A stretch of DNA of 64,000 nucleotides, from positions 11,470,001 to 11,534,000 of the forward strand of contig OZ281501.1 in assembly GCA_965637545.1 (NCBI GenBank), given 5' to 3'. Positions 13,363 to 25,840 of this stretch are shown here, piece by piece. This DNA is from Phallusia mammillata (Eukaryota). Position numbers and translations under genes: made by a program. Under the pieces are notes generated by a model. It had not been told where the DNA came from, made no database searches, and saw only the letters and a program-made list of their open reading frames with translations. How positions within the stretch are numbered: the first letter of the stretch is position 1; each line of letters starts with the position of its first letter.

Positions 13363-13413
13363 TTACAGAACTGAAGATGCCAAAACTTTTTGGTGAAATA
13401 AATATTCCGTGAA
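13363..13413 (+). ncRNA. Minimal type-I hammerhead-ribozyme-like motif (Penelope-type), copy 1
   Basis: Helix I TTACAGAA / TTCCGTGA (1 mismatch, 1 G-U); core CTGAAGA(T); helix II GCCAAA-ACTT-TTTGGT; GAAA-TAAAT-A|. Confidence 0.55.
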
Positions 13414-13881
13414 ACTATTGTGTACAACGGTTGATTCTGTTTGGCCTATGGTTTATTCACTGGGTTTTGAATTGTATCTCCAAATATACTCACGGTTAGG
13501 CTATTACGGTCGGGGTAAGGTATTAGAATATAAAATTCAATAGAACTAACCCAAAAATTTAATTACTAATGTAAAAAATGTTAAAACTTATTTACCAACC
13601 CAAACCCTCTTTAGCCGCTAAATAAAAATATCAGCTCTTTACGCCCCCTTGTGAAAGTGAATCTCCCGTGAGGTGTGGTGTTGAATAGCATGATAGCTCC
13701 ACGTTCTTGTGTCTGTTTATGTTTTTATGACAATATTTTAGTTTGTATTTCTGCTTTATTGGTATTCTATTGCACTTTTATTTACGCAGAAATTTCTGCC
13801 CAAAAAACGCGATTAGGCTAATTGTTTAATATTGATTTCCCATCGATTAAAAATGTGATTGAGTCCTTCAGGAGTTTGTAA

Positions 13882-16800
13882 TTAGCAGGTCTTGTTTTCC
13901 CCTTGTTTGACTTGTTTTATGCCACAAATTGTAGATTTTTTGCAATCTTCGTCACAATTTGATGTATCTTCACTCTTACTAATATATTGGTGGTAAAGTT
14001 GAAAGATAGCGTCGTTGTCCTCGAAACTACAGAACAATAATAATTTGTACGGTATTTTTGCGGTAGACTATAGAGTTTTACCCATCAACCAGCTTCTTTA
14101 CTTCGGAAAGACTGAGATTTGGCATTCCATAGTCTTTTGTAGTGGAATATTCAAGCTTCCATTCTGCTTTGTTTGAAACATTGGCGTCTATACATAAATG
14201 TATTAACTGGGTTAGATACTTGTAGGAGCAAGTTAAAACTACATTTATTCTGTATTATTACAAATATTCTAATTCTTCTCCGATGTTTTAACCTACCAGT
14301 AATATTGAGGTAGTAATTTTCAGCGTCGAGTAGCATGTGTGTCGATTCTGCGTAGTCTCCATCGATAGTATAAATTCGATATCCAGAGTTTAGATACGAA
14401 TAAGTTGTTGTGCCTGGACCCACCAGACCCACACTTACAGCCTTAGTTGGGTCGGTGGTGTCGTAATACAGTTTCAGTTCATCCTAAAAGTACCCCAAAA
14501 AGTAAAGAACAATTTGTAAAACGTAAATATATCATTTAATTGGCTTGGTTAACTGGAAAGCCGATAAATACATGTTTTTCTATAAAAGGTGAATGGGGTC
14601 AAATAATCATGCCCTTTTTTCAAAAATTGAAAATGCACGTTTGCTGTACCATAAATCGATGTTTCAAACTTATTTGTGTATAGTCACAACATTTTATTTT
14701 TATTTTTCCTCTATTTTTGGTTGGTTACGCCACTAGGCCTATAACATTATAAGCAGGCCAAGGTACTTGCATTTCTTACCGTATGTGCATGTCCAAAAAG
14801 ATGAGCGAGAATAGAGGATTGATAGCGTATCATTATATCGTAGTAATTTTTTCCCCACCATTCCATGCATCCGTCAACTGGTCTATGGGTGATGATCAAA
14901 ACCTTTTCTTTGTTATCCTCTGCCTGCAGATTGTAATAATTGTGTTCACAAGTAATAATTTTAGAAACGTTAATTAAATGCGTTACAATTCAAAACCCAG
15001 TGTATAAACCCTAGGCCAAACAGAATCAACCGTTGTACAAAATAGTTTTACGGAATATATATTTCACCAAAAAGTTTTGGCATCTTCAGTTCCTTATTCA
15101 AATAGAATTCTATTTGATGGATTTAAAATATATTGGAACATCAATACATGCAAGTAATTGTTTAAGATAAGAATAACGATAAACGAAGAAAAGGTTTTGT
15201 GCGGAATTTGCATCTCAATGCATATCTTGTGCTACACACACCGCTTGCAAAACTTGCACTAGCCAAGCGAGTTGGCCCTGTGGATCAACTGAATTTTCCC
15301 CAACCAAAAGCCACCAGGAATCGTCACTGCAATAGTTTGTGTTCAACGAAATTACTCGCAATCCTTTCTGGACGAGAGTTGTGTAAAAGCCACCTTGACA
15401 AAAATAAACAGTACATACGTGATAACTGTAAATATTGATCTTGCCTTTCGTTACTTCATTTACCTTTCGTTACTGTGTCAAGGTCCTCGTTTGGGATCCA
15501 GTGGGACCAGCTTTCGTACAAGGTTTGGTACAACCACTGGATGTCAGCCCCCGGTTCGTTGTAAATGGAAGATGGAGGGTACGAGTTAACAGGTGCACTT
15601 TCGTGGTTTCCAACAGCAGCATAAACCGGGGTATCTAAAAATTACTTATTTTTACACTCTATATTTACAGAAAGCAATAAAATGGTGATGTACGTAAGCC
15701 TTGTTTGTAAATTGTTGCTCGGAAAGGTTTTGTTACCGGGGAAGTATGTTGTGAGCAGATTTGTCCATCTTTGAATTTTGTCAATTTGATCTTGGCTTGT
15801 CTGGTTCCAAACGTCATGCGCTGGAATGTCACCTGTACATTGCCCAAATGTATGCACATTGGTTTTAAGACTTACCGTCAATGAAAAACGAAGACAGCAG
15901 TCTTATTACATAAAGTTACCTGTAAACATAATGAAATCCAACTTCTGGCTTTGCGCGCTTTCCATCATGCTTTCTACAGTCCACGGCGCCATGTCGCAGT
16001 TGCGATAATCGCCCCAAAGTCCGGCACCGTCGGTCGCTATGCAACATAAGCAAAATAACGGATATATTTATCAGGAAGCCATTAATAACTTTCTTACGGT
16101 CTGAAGGTGTGGGGTCGTTGTCCCTGCAGCACAAAGGTTCACCACACGTCGCACTTGCCCCTGCTTTGTATCTAATGTCCATGTGCATATCCGTAAAGAA
16201 CATAAACTTTGACGTTGGATTGTCCGCTAGGGGCTGAACGGGTGCTTCATCTGCTTCTTGCTTAGGCAAGGGGATTGGTATGCTCCATTCCGGAAGAAAG
16301 CCATCGGGCTTGGAAGTACATTTGTCTTCCATCAACCAATAACACATCTGTAAACGAAACGTTGTCAGAGCGTTTGTGTTATTGTAATTATTGTTTGCTT
16401 TTTACCTCTGTGGGCTTTAGATTGAATAGAACGTAAAAAACCTCCAGCTTGAATTCATCAACTGCCAGTTCACAAACCCGATTATCTTCAATATGGACCT
16501 AAAAACACCATTAAAGATAAACCACAGAGATCACTGCATTTTTTCAGATGCCACAAAAAAGGTTAGTGAAAACAATACACATTTTCTTGTAAATAACAAA
16601 ACATAGGTTTGTAAAAGCATCAAACCAATAAATGATAAGCTGAAGACAGTGCACACTGTTTCGACCTTATAACACAGGTTGTTTGTAACACTGCAAATTT
16701 TGATCTCATTAAAGTTTTGTGATTTGAAACCACGCTCTATTGACCTTTAAGTATATTTACCGCTTCGCAAACTGCAACAGCCAACGTTGCAATTATTTCC

Positions 16801-17223
16801 TCCCCAGTATTGGAATTAAGTACAAGTTGTACAGCTTTTACAGCAACTTCACACAGATCGCAGGTGAGCTTTTTGCTTGCAATCAGATCGTCAATTGCTT
16901 TTGATTTTTCCGACGTTAAAATATTGCCCTGTTGAAAAATCTTGCGCAGTAAAAGCAAAGCGACAGTTCTGTAGAAAACAAAAGCGCAATATATTTATGA
17001 CGGAAGTAAAAATGCGATCAAAATTTGTAACTTACTTTTCATGATCACGTTTGTTGTTATGTTTCTCAAATGTCATTACATTTTCATCATTTTCTTCACC
17101 TTCAAATACATCCAACCCAGCATAAATATTTTTGCTTGGCAACCTGAATGATTTTGCGTTGCCGTTTAGCAAACCGCAAACAAGTGCGATTAAAACTACC
17201 AACAAAACTCTGAATGCTCCCAT
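13882..17223 (-). CDS. SMPD1: Acid sphingomyelinase-like phosphodiesterase, 12 exons, 618 aa
   Basis: Exons 17223-17036, 16968-16761, 16498-16406, 16347-16098, 16036-15920, 15832-15737, 15634-15464, 15393-15242, 14923-14780, 14483-14297, 14187-14082, 14026-13882 give 1857 nt. Signal peptide, saposin-B cysteines, and metal ligands TDMHMD, TGDIPAH, GNHE, THRP, GHAH. Confidence 0.95.
14984..15092 (-). repeat. Second copy of the 109-bp hammerhead-bearing Penelope-type repeat, inside a SMPD1 intron
   Basis: Minus-strand 15092-14984 matches plus-strand 13368-13476 with 5 mismatches. Contains CTGAAGAT-GCCAAAACTTTTTGGT-GAAA-TATAT-A|TTCCGTAA with a palindromic helix III (ATATAT). Confidence 0.9.
15093..15108 (-). 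other. Exact genomic copy of the 16-nt ascidian (Ciona-type) spliced-leader exon ATTCTATTTGAATAAG, fused to the hammerhead repeat
   Basis: Plus strand 15093-15108 reads CTTATTCAAATAGAAT, the reverse complement of ATTCTATTTGAATAAG. It is followed by GAACTGAAG, not a GT donor, so it is not an SL RNA gene. It overlaps the 20-bp palindrome 15098-15117. Confidence 0.8.
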
Positions 17224-18160
17224 CTATTAAGTTTGATTACTCGATTAGTGCACTTTGAATTCACTTTATGATCAAAAACACATGTAAGATATTAAACAGA
17301 GTTCTCGACCGAGAACTTTATGTCATTTGCAACATCGTAAAACATTTAGTGCCTGCCAACACAATTTTACGTGCTGGTAAACGTTTTAATAATTCACTGA
17401 TTGTCCTCGTATTGCATACATTGGTATGTTTGTTAAGTTAAAATATTGTTTGCATGCCTCGACAGTCGCGTGATTTAACGCAAATACAAAATATTTGTTT
17501 TGTTTCAAAGGTCAGCAATTGCAAATACCCCCAACGAAATTGTAACCTACGTTTTTAAATTTCAGAAAAGGTCTGTACTAAATGTGTAGCGTAGCCTATG
17601 CAGCAAGAATTTTTACATTTAGGCCAAATAGGTTGTAAAATTTGCCATGATTAAACCATTTGGAAAATATTATGCGATTCACACTTTTAATCGTTTAAAA
17701 TGGGCTATCCTATCAGCAATAAACTGTCGGAGTAGATTTTACGGCCAGACATACATCTAATCCAATGGTTGTATCTAAATTACGCCTACCATATAGGTCG
17801 TCTTTTTGGACGACATGTCCCCTTTTCTAACAAAAAACAAGTTGTCCTCCGAGGACAAGAAAAATAGCCCAAATGTCCTCCTTTTTAAGGAATTTCTGAT
17901 TTACCAAACACATATGTGATAATTATGCCTTTAAAAACAGCCAAATATACATCTTCAGGCTATTTTTGAAAAAATACAGATTTTATGTTGTTCGAAAATA
18001 CAAGCACTTTAGCGTTATGATGTAATAAACGTTAAACTTTATCCAAACTGTTGTATACCGTCTAATTTCCGAAGTTTTTAGCTTTGGAGAGCTTTAAAGT
18101 ATTTTTTAACGTTCTTTTCAAAATTTGTTGCTTCTTTTTGGGGATGGGAATACGGTAGGC

Positions 18161-18188
18161 CCAATCTAAACCAGTGATGTGGGGTGAT
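18161..18188. promoter_or_regulatory. Candidate SREBP element (SRE-1) with adjacent CCAAT box
   Basis: GTGGGGTGAT at 18179-18188 (ATCACCCCAC on the minus strand) and CCAAT at 18161-18165, between the divergent SMPD1-like and sterol-desaturase-like genes. Confidence 0.3.
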
Positions 18189-19408
18189 ACGACCTGCAGC
18201 GGTTGACACAAATTTATTCGGTCGATCACATGTAGATTAAAATATAGTATTTGTGTGCGTTGAATAAAACTCTTTTGCTGGACATTTCGTTAAAAAAATT
18301 GGTCTCGTGTGGTTTTATTGGCTAGAAAGGCATTATACGCTCCAAGTAGGCCTACATACACGCGGCCGAAAATTTAAAAAGGCATTCAGAAAATTGTGTG
18401 AAAATGCTGGTGGTGAAGGCTATTAGGGTTGGGATGAGATTTATTGTTTTGAAAATAACAATGGACCAACTTCTAAACATAGTCCTTAAGCCTATCCCAG
18501 TCTAAATTTTAATTTATACTTTTACTCTTGGCGCTACCTATCGGCATGTAGAGTCTACATACATTGTAGACTACCAAACTTTGTCGGTTGAGAGTTTTTA
18601 CAACCGTTGGACCAGGGTTGCCAGGTGGTCTAAAAATCGGACAAAATCGATAACTTGTCTGAAATAATTTCATATCTCCATGATACTCACAGTTTTATAG
18701 TAATACCTGAAAACGTTTAGTGTTTGTCCCATACTTACACAAGCGGCGAAACTGTTAAAGGACACCAAATGCCACACAACAGTAATTCTGATAGCTTTTT
18801 AGAAACTCGGCCAACATTTTAAACAAAGTTATTGTCATGCTGAGGCTACATTCACCAGCCCTCCAAGTGGACCTGATTTGTAAAATGGAAGTACTTTATT
18901 GAGATGAGTAGTTTTCAACCCGTGGGTCTAAATACCCTTGGGAGTCGTTTGCCATTGTACTGGGGGTCGCGAAGCCTTTTTATTAGCAACAAAAAGTAAA
19001 ATGATTATGAGCAATAAAAGCAAAACGTTTATAAAGGCAACAATAATCGCTGAGTCAGTAATTTGCAGGAATATGGTGACTTTTTACCGTAAACGCCTAT
19101 GCTCCGTTGCGCCACTTATCGGAAATTCTTGGGCTACTGTGAATTCTTACGTTCGCAGCTCTACCTATCATAAAAGGACCAGGATAAAAATCACACAAAT
19201 TCATTTGAACTTGTTTATGACCATTACAATAAGAAATAAATGCTTTGTTACGTGCTTGTACGCAGAAAATAATTAGCTGCATGAAATTTTGCCACTGCGC
19301 GGTTGCTTAGTGTTTATTTGGGGCTGGTCGGCAGCCGTTTTAGTTTCAAACATTAGACTGTAGTTGCTTGTTAACTTATGTTTCCCTCGGTCGCGGAAGG
19401 TACCCGGG

Positions 19409-19556
19409 GGAATTATTTTTAATGATTTTCTATTATAAAACCTTATCCCAACCTTAATAGCACTAACCGTCAGCAATTTAACCCGATATTCAGCGGTTTT
19501 CACGACGTCCCGCCATCTCCCGCCCGTCCCGCCCATTCAGCGTTTTAGTGTCACCC
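19409..19556. mobile_element. Solo right end of the GGG-terminal MITE family seen complete at 39618-40029
   Basis: Shares TTAATGATTTTCTATTATAAAACCTTATCCCAACCTTAATAG...GTCCCGCCCATTCAGCGTTTTAGTGTCACCC with ~39850-40029. No left TIR found. Confidence 0.8.
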
Positions 19557-21521
19557 AAACACGCGGCACCATTACACAGATGGATTTGTTAACGAGATCT
19601 ATCAAAATTCCTTTTAAATGTAACATTTAATACAAAATGGGGTGCGTTTTATACTGTTTTTTAGAAATATTGTCGTTCAGTTACTGACAAAGTTACTGTT
19701 GTGGGACCAATTTTAGGAAATCGATTTAAGTGCAATTTATGAGGCCGTGCAACGATCAATATTGTCCAACCTACTTGGAATAAATCATGTGACTTTTATG
19801 TCAGACCGTCGATAATTAACCGGCAAGACCGTTTAGTGTGTATAAAGGTTATGCAACATAAGTGACGAGGGCACTGTGCTATTCTGTTCAAGCAAATATG
19901 ACAGGCGATTGGGTGCAAGAAAAAAGAAAAATAGGAAGTGGTGCGCTGTGAAATGACAACAAATGGTGCTTATGCTCAAAACGTTCAGTTGTTTGTGGTA
20001 GTTTCAAACCTTGCTGCAAAGTTGCAGCAGCTTGTGGCTCATATTTAGGATTGAGTGAAGCATGAATCGTGAAAAGATGATTTTGCGCAGGACATTACAA
20101 CGTTTTAGGGTCTTCAGTGCGTCTTTTGGTACTGTGGGTTGCGACAAAAGCACTTGAAGTAAGCAATTTTTCGGACTGGATTTCGAGTACACTTATGGCG
20201 GCATTTTTGACAACTCTGTTAGGAATCCCGCTGTTTCAAATTGAATGAGCTTTGTGTGGTTAACTGTAATTTTTAAACTTCAGTCATTTGAAATATTCAA
20301 CAATATCAATTATACTGTCGTCTCGAACGTGCATTTAGGCCTAGTTTAAACTAAGGGATAAGCGGCAACACAGATACATTTTATTGCAGATATTTCAGAC
20401 TTGTTTCGGTTTATAAATACACAGTAGGTTGGATGTTTTGATTCAAATTGCCTCTAGCAGAAGCATTTTCTCCAATCAAATTCCAGCACAAGATTAGACT
20501 CGCTTCGCTTGACACCCATACACCACTTACCGGTCTTGTTTGTAATACCTTATATAATATGCGAATTTAACAACAACTTCAAAGCTTGAACATTTGCTTT
20601 GCCCCAACGAAGTTCAACGTTGATCTCCATTACGATAAATCAAACACTGAACCACACAACTTAATGTCAATATCACTTGTAAATGTTTACTCAACCAGGG
20701 CTACGTTAGGTATCGCCTAAAATAGCAGCGCAACCTTTCACCGAATTAATGTACTTGGCAATGCAACCGGACGCTTGTCATTAAACGGCACATACGCTAC
20801 AAGAGTAGCTTGATTAGCGAGTCCAATCAAACCGATTCATGCGTGACTTGATAGGGTACCTTTTCGGTTGCCCTGGAAGTAAATACAAAGAGCTACACTG
20901 TCGTATATAGACCTACTCATTGAGCAAGGAAAGAATGTCTTTTGTATGCTTAGGTTTTCGACTTTTCTATGAAAGTAAGATGTTTGCAGAAAAAAGAAAA
21001 AGCGGCAATAAAAGGTCTTTGAAAGGTTATTGTAGAAAACTAAGTGGTGTGAAGAGGGTTTTTGTTATAATTTTGAGCACTTAACCGACAACTAAGGTTA
21101 ATGTAATGAGTCTTATTGTCATATAGTAACTGTGTGCTGCTATGATTGTACTATGTAGTCCTTTTTGTTTGTTTTTTCGCGCAAATAGACCATATGTGGA
21201 GGCTGTAGCAGAGAAATGCTGACAGCATATGGACAGGGCCTAGGCTAGGCTGTGCAGAACCTTAGCCCAAAATATATTTATGATCACAGAACATCCTTTT
21301 TAAAGCCTATGTTAACACCGTATTCTTTCATAAGGCTGTCAGCATTTCCGTTTACAATATTACCTTGTGCATGCTTGTAGACAAATATGTTAAGAGCACA
21401 AAGTGTGGCTTTTGTTACAGGCTCAGGGGTAGAAGCAAATATTGATTTAGTTTCTCGCATCTGTTTTTTTTCAAACAAACTAATTATTACATTACTTTGT
21501 GTTTAGAGGGCAAAAGTAACA

Positions 21522-24095
21522 ATGGATCCAAACAAAAGTGAAACAGATGGCTACGAATATCCTTGTGGGCAGGTACCAAAACTGAACGCTACGCTGCTGC
21601 GTTCCCTGTTCACGTTTAAGACCATGGCTGTAATCACCAGTTCTATAGCGCTGGCTCTTCTGGGGTCGGCTGCTCATGGTGACACCCTGCTCTTCGTAGT
21701 AATGTTATGGCGTAACTGGAATCAGTTCCACTTCTTCAGTACGTCTATAGAAAAAGACCTGGAAGACACAACAGGCAAGATTGAAGTCAACAACGCTTCT
21801 GATATATTACCAGTTGCCAACACATCGATGTCTTCCGGTCTGCTAGATTATTACTATCTCAAGGATATTCACTACTTTGTAGCATCATCACTTTTGGGAT
21901 CCTACGCCCTATTTTTTGTCGTTGGTGGCTTTTTGCAATGGTAGGTTAACACGTACAGAATACATCAAATATGCCCGTATTACTTGACACGCTCGTACAC
22001 ATATCGCCATAAAATATTTATAGATATTTTATAGACGTTTTTCATTCATTAAGCCTGATACCTATTAAATCTACGCGTGGGCAGAGTATTACGTGCAGTG
22101 CTTATTACCCAGCACAGAACGTTAAACATCGTATTTTGTCACGCAGGAACTATTATATTCGCCAGCGCAACCGCCCCCAGGATTGGAAATGTCAACCAAC
22201 CAGATTTCTTACCAAAGAGGTATACTTCAGATAGCTAATATTTGCCGTTTAGCACCCAACTTAAATTCCAAATATTTACATTGAAAAATGAGCACTGCAT
22301 TATAGATATGAGCCAAGTAACTTTTCAAAAATGTTCATTTTACTAGTAGTGCAATCCACAAGTTTTTATTTTTTTATTTTTAGAATGAACGTCACGAGTT
22401 CCTAATGGGTGTCGTGTGCCTTCTTTTCAACGGCAGTTTATCTGGAGTCACGTCTGCGTACGTTTACAATGGTGGCCCGTACTTGAAAGTATATTACGAT
22501 ATACAGGAATACGGGTGGATATACTTTATCTTCTCGACGGTGGCTTTATTTCTATTTCAAGACGCCGGGGCATATTACTACCACAGGTAGGTTGGTTGTT
22601 TCACGTTTTTGCGTAATTTAATTACCGACCGGCCCGTCTGTCCATACGTGAGAGGGCAGGAACAGAGGAAGTTACGCTCTGTGGGAAGTGCGGGAAGTCA
22701 TTCGTTGAATATCTGATGAATTAGACTTTGCATACTTCTGTTGTACAAAATCGGCCCAAAGTGTCCGACGCGTAACCACTCTCTTTTGCTCGATATATGT
22801 TTACTATTTGTTTGTCTTGTAATATTTGTTAATCCGTTATGCATCCCATGATTTTATGTGCAGAATGCTTCATTTTCCGTTTTTGTACCGAAACTTCCAT
22901 AAATGGCACCACCGATATCATAGCCCAACTGCATTTAGCGCTGTTGCAATGCATCCCGTGGAATCGCTGGTTTTTCAGGTAAACGATATTAAGAAACGGT
23001 AAAGTGCGCTAACAGGCGAACGTTATATTTTCAATCCAGCAGTGTTGCACGTACTGTCACCTTTGTTCTGGTAAATTTGTTGTGTTTCCGATAATTCTTG
23101 TTACGCTATCTCAAGGTCGATTGCTCGGTACTTCTTTATTCCTGTCGGTACTTCCTCATTAAGTCTGACAACAGCCATATGTAGTTGGTAACTTTGTTTG
23201 CTAAAACATCGATAAAACAATCATGACAGACGCGAAACGAAATTCGATCCCACATTAACTCGTTAAGTGCGAAATCTTATTTAAACGTCCCAGTCGCTTT
23301 TGTGTTTCCACAGTCAGGTGTAACGGTATCCACTGGTAGAAGCCGTTGATGCCTTTACTTCAAAAGGGCCGTGCTAAAACTAAAAAACTCCTTTTAAATT
23401 GGATACTCTACAATAGCTGCCGAAACGTGTTTTTGATTAAGTTGTTTTGGCGCGACTTCTTGAAGTCGTTACACGACAACGCTTAAATACATATGTGCAG
23501 TTAAACTGGTTTTTCTGTTTTAGATGATTCTGTTGTTTCCAATGGTGCTGTTTCCAATCCACTTTGTTTCTGTCGTTGGATGCTTTTACTACATTTACTA
23601 CTTTGGGCTAGTCGACCATTCAGGTGACCATATTGTGCATTTAATCTTTTATAACTAATTTTGATTTTAATCGATACTTTGGAGGTTGAGTCATTAACTC
23701 CCTGGAGAGAGTTTACTATTGGTTTTATGGGAAAAAATCGATCACCGCATGCAAATCAACATAAAACTCGATGTTATAGGGGAGCCGCCTGTACAGCAAA
23801 TATGGCCGTCACGCTTATTTATCTTTGAAGATCTTTTGCACATTGCTAAAACTTTACGAAGAAGGCTTTGTGTTTTTACTTTTGTAACTTTTTTGTAGGT
23901 GTTGATCTGACTTCAATTTGGCCATGGCAACCGCCGGTCATGTTTCATGACGATCATCACAAACATTTTCATGTCAACTTTGGCTTCAACACACTCTTAT
24001 TTGACCGATTCCACGACACACTGCGTCGCAAGGACCGAGAATACAGCGAGTCATTTTTTTACGGGAAGGGGCGGGAGTTGAAAAAGTCGAATTAG
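21522..24095 (+). CDS. Sterol desaturase / fatty-acid hydroxylase superfamily protein (lathosterol oxidase SC5D-like), 6 exons, 368 aa
   Basis: Exons 21522-21940, 22147-22219, 22384-22586, 22864-22978, 23524-23623, 23899-24095 give 1107 nt. His boxes HRMLH, HKWHH, HDDHH, plus DHSG, HPVE and NFG motifs and several TM segments. Confidence 0.9.
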
Positions 24096-25840
24096 TTTTG
24101 TATTTGATGACCTTGCAAGTTCAAAATCAGTTTTAATTTGACAGCCATTAGCAAACCGTTTTTAAATGATTACTTTAAATTGAAATAATTTACTTAAACC
24201 GTATTGACCTCAATTTATTGCAAGGCGTTAATGTGACTTAATTTGTCATTTTCCGTAACTGTTTGACATCAAGATTTCCCATAACTTGGAAGTTTCAACA
24301 TTAGCAGAGCCCAAGCTTGTTTGTTGGTGTGTTTACAATCCTGTTTTGCGCTATGTCATGATGAGCATAGGAACTTAGCTCTAAGCATACACAACCTTTG
24401 ATCGTTTTGCACGATGTAATGGCCAGTGATATCCGCGTTCCACAGAAGCTACTTCGAAACATAGAACTGAACCGATATGATAAATGGTCATCGGTTTTGA
24501 CGTTCTATACGTTTGTGCTGTTTGTTGGATTGGGCGGTATGATTTACTGGCTTGTTAGTTTTCTTGGTGCGTTTTAACTTTGTGCGATTGGGTGGTGACA
24601 TAAACTCGTGTTAGCCCACTGGTAATTGACGATTTTTCCTTTCATGACGTTACCTTTTCTCAGTGTTACTGCCTGCGTGATACACAAAAGTTTTCTCTAT
24701 TGATTACGTATTGGCGGCGATTTAAATTATTTACCTCTGTGAAAGTTCACGTATTCCGTCAAAGTTCGTTTTGAGTGTCCATCAGGTCTATGTTGTTGTG
24801 TTTTTGTCATTAGACAAAATGTGCAGTTGGTGTTGTGCAGTAAGCGCTTATGAAGTCCTGTTTCGACGAAACAGATATATGATTAGGCCTATTTGCATTT
24901 CATCACGAATCCAAGTATCAATATTAATAATTATAAGCATCTAAAAATAAAATATTTTTTAATCGCATAATATTCATTACTAAGCAAAATTGATATATTT
25001 TTGTCTGGCAAACAGTTTCAATGTGTTTAAGGCGTAATTTATTTCGATCGTGTTCCATCAAGTGAAATGTGATACTGTCGTTTTTTGCATGTGTGTACAA
25101 TACAAGCGTTGAACGATACCCTTAAATGCCCATATTGAAGCCCTTAACTAAACCCGGTGCTATTTGGGATTCATACCTAAACTGCAGAATCCAACGTTAC
25201 AAGCTGTTTCCAACGTTAATTATACGAATAAAGCATGAAACATGTAGATTAAAAGAAATATCTTGAAAACTTCACAAAGGTCATTTCAAAAGAACATCCA
25301 GCAGTATTCTGACATTATCAGCATTTTGTCATTGTTTCGTAGAACACGTAAAATACTATGTTTGAACACAGGCCCTTAATTTTTTTGTTATATTTCCGCT
25401 CAAAAATATAGCAAACTTTGTCGTTTAAACTAGACACTTACGTAAAAGTAAAAAGCGCGAACGTGATTAAAGTCACCCAGAAGGCTTCAGGATCGTTGTT
25501 TCGATCAAACTTTTCCAGTAATTCATCTACGTCACAGTGGTGTCAGAAGCAATGTAAATGTTTAACAACATAGCAAATACTTCTGCTCTTTGCAAAATCT
25601 TCGGTTGCTCAGGTTTTGGTGCACAAAAAGTGAATTCACTTAATATAGCTTCTTTTTAATATAGCTTCTTTTGTGCAGTTTACCCTAAAAGTCATGTACC
25701 TAAATCTTTATTTTAATAACTTTGAACCGATGTCGATCTGTTTCAGATAGCAGAAACAAGATAAAAACCCATTTTTTATTTTACAGACATATATATTACA
25801 CTTATGATCGTATTGCAGGTCCTATGGGTGTTGTCTGATG

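Larger units (their letters stand above)
11558..13476 (+). mobile_element. Decayed Penelope-like retroelement fragment (RT C-terminus and GIY-YIG remnants, hammerhead-bearing terminal repeat)
   Basis: VMNKPLTTTSCSFNLSH resembles the VYRKPT..G..LNF.S motif. CPK*YSGYRKPTHKL and KIYQH...AALFHHY..KH...VIFAEQ..NLD.AEAKWL.LINPKINIQ resemble PLE GIY-YIG segments. Interrupted by stops and a hAT insertion; ends in a CTGAAGA...GAAA motif. Confidence 0.55.

Noticed and set aside
13495-13530. Telomere-like GGTTAGG motifs (also ~11270-11295 and ~39696-39712)
   Set aside because: Short degenerate motifs inside dispersed repeats or MITEs, not arrays of a telomeric unit.
15093-15108. Functional SL RNA gene
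   Set aside because: The leader is followed by the hammerhead repeat (GAACTG...), not by a splice donor and an Sm-site-containing intron part.
15444-15475. 12-bp duplication (CCTTTCGTTACT) of a SMPD1 exon end, creating a second AG|GC donor-like site
   Set aside because: The first donor is canonical GT, and there is no evidence the duplicate is used.
17790-18960. Further hAT-like ends (also at 10624 and 50318)
   Set aside because: Single degenerate termini without a partner TIR or TSD; boundaries cannot be supported.
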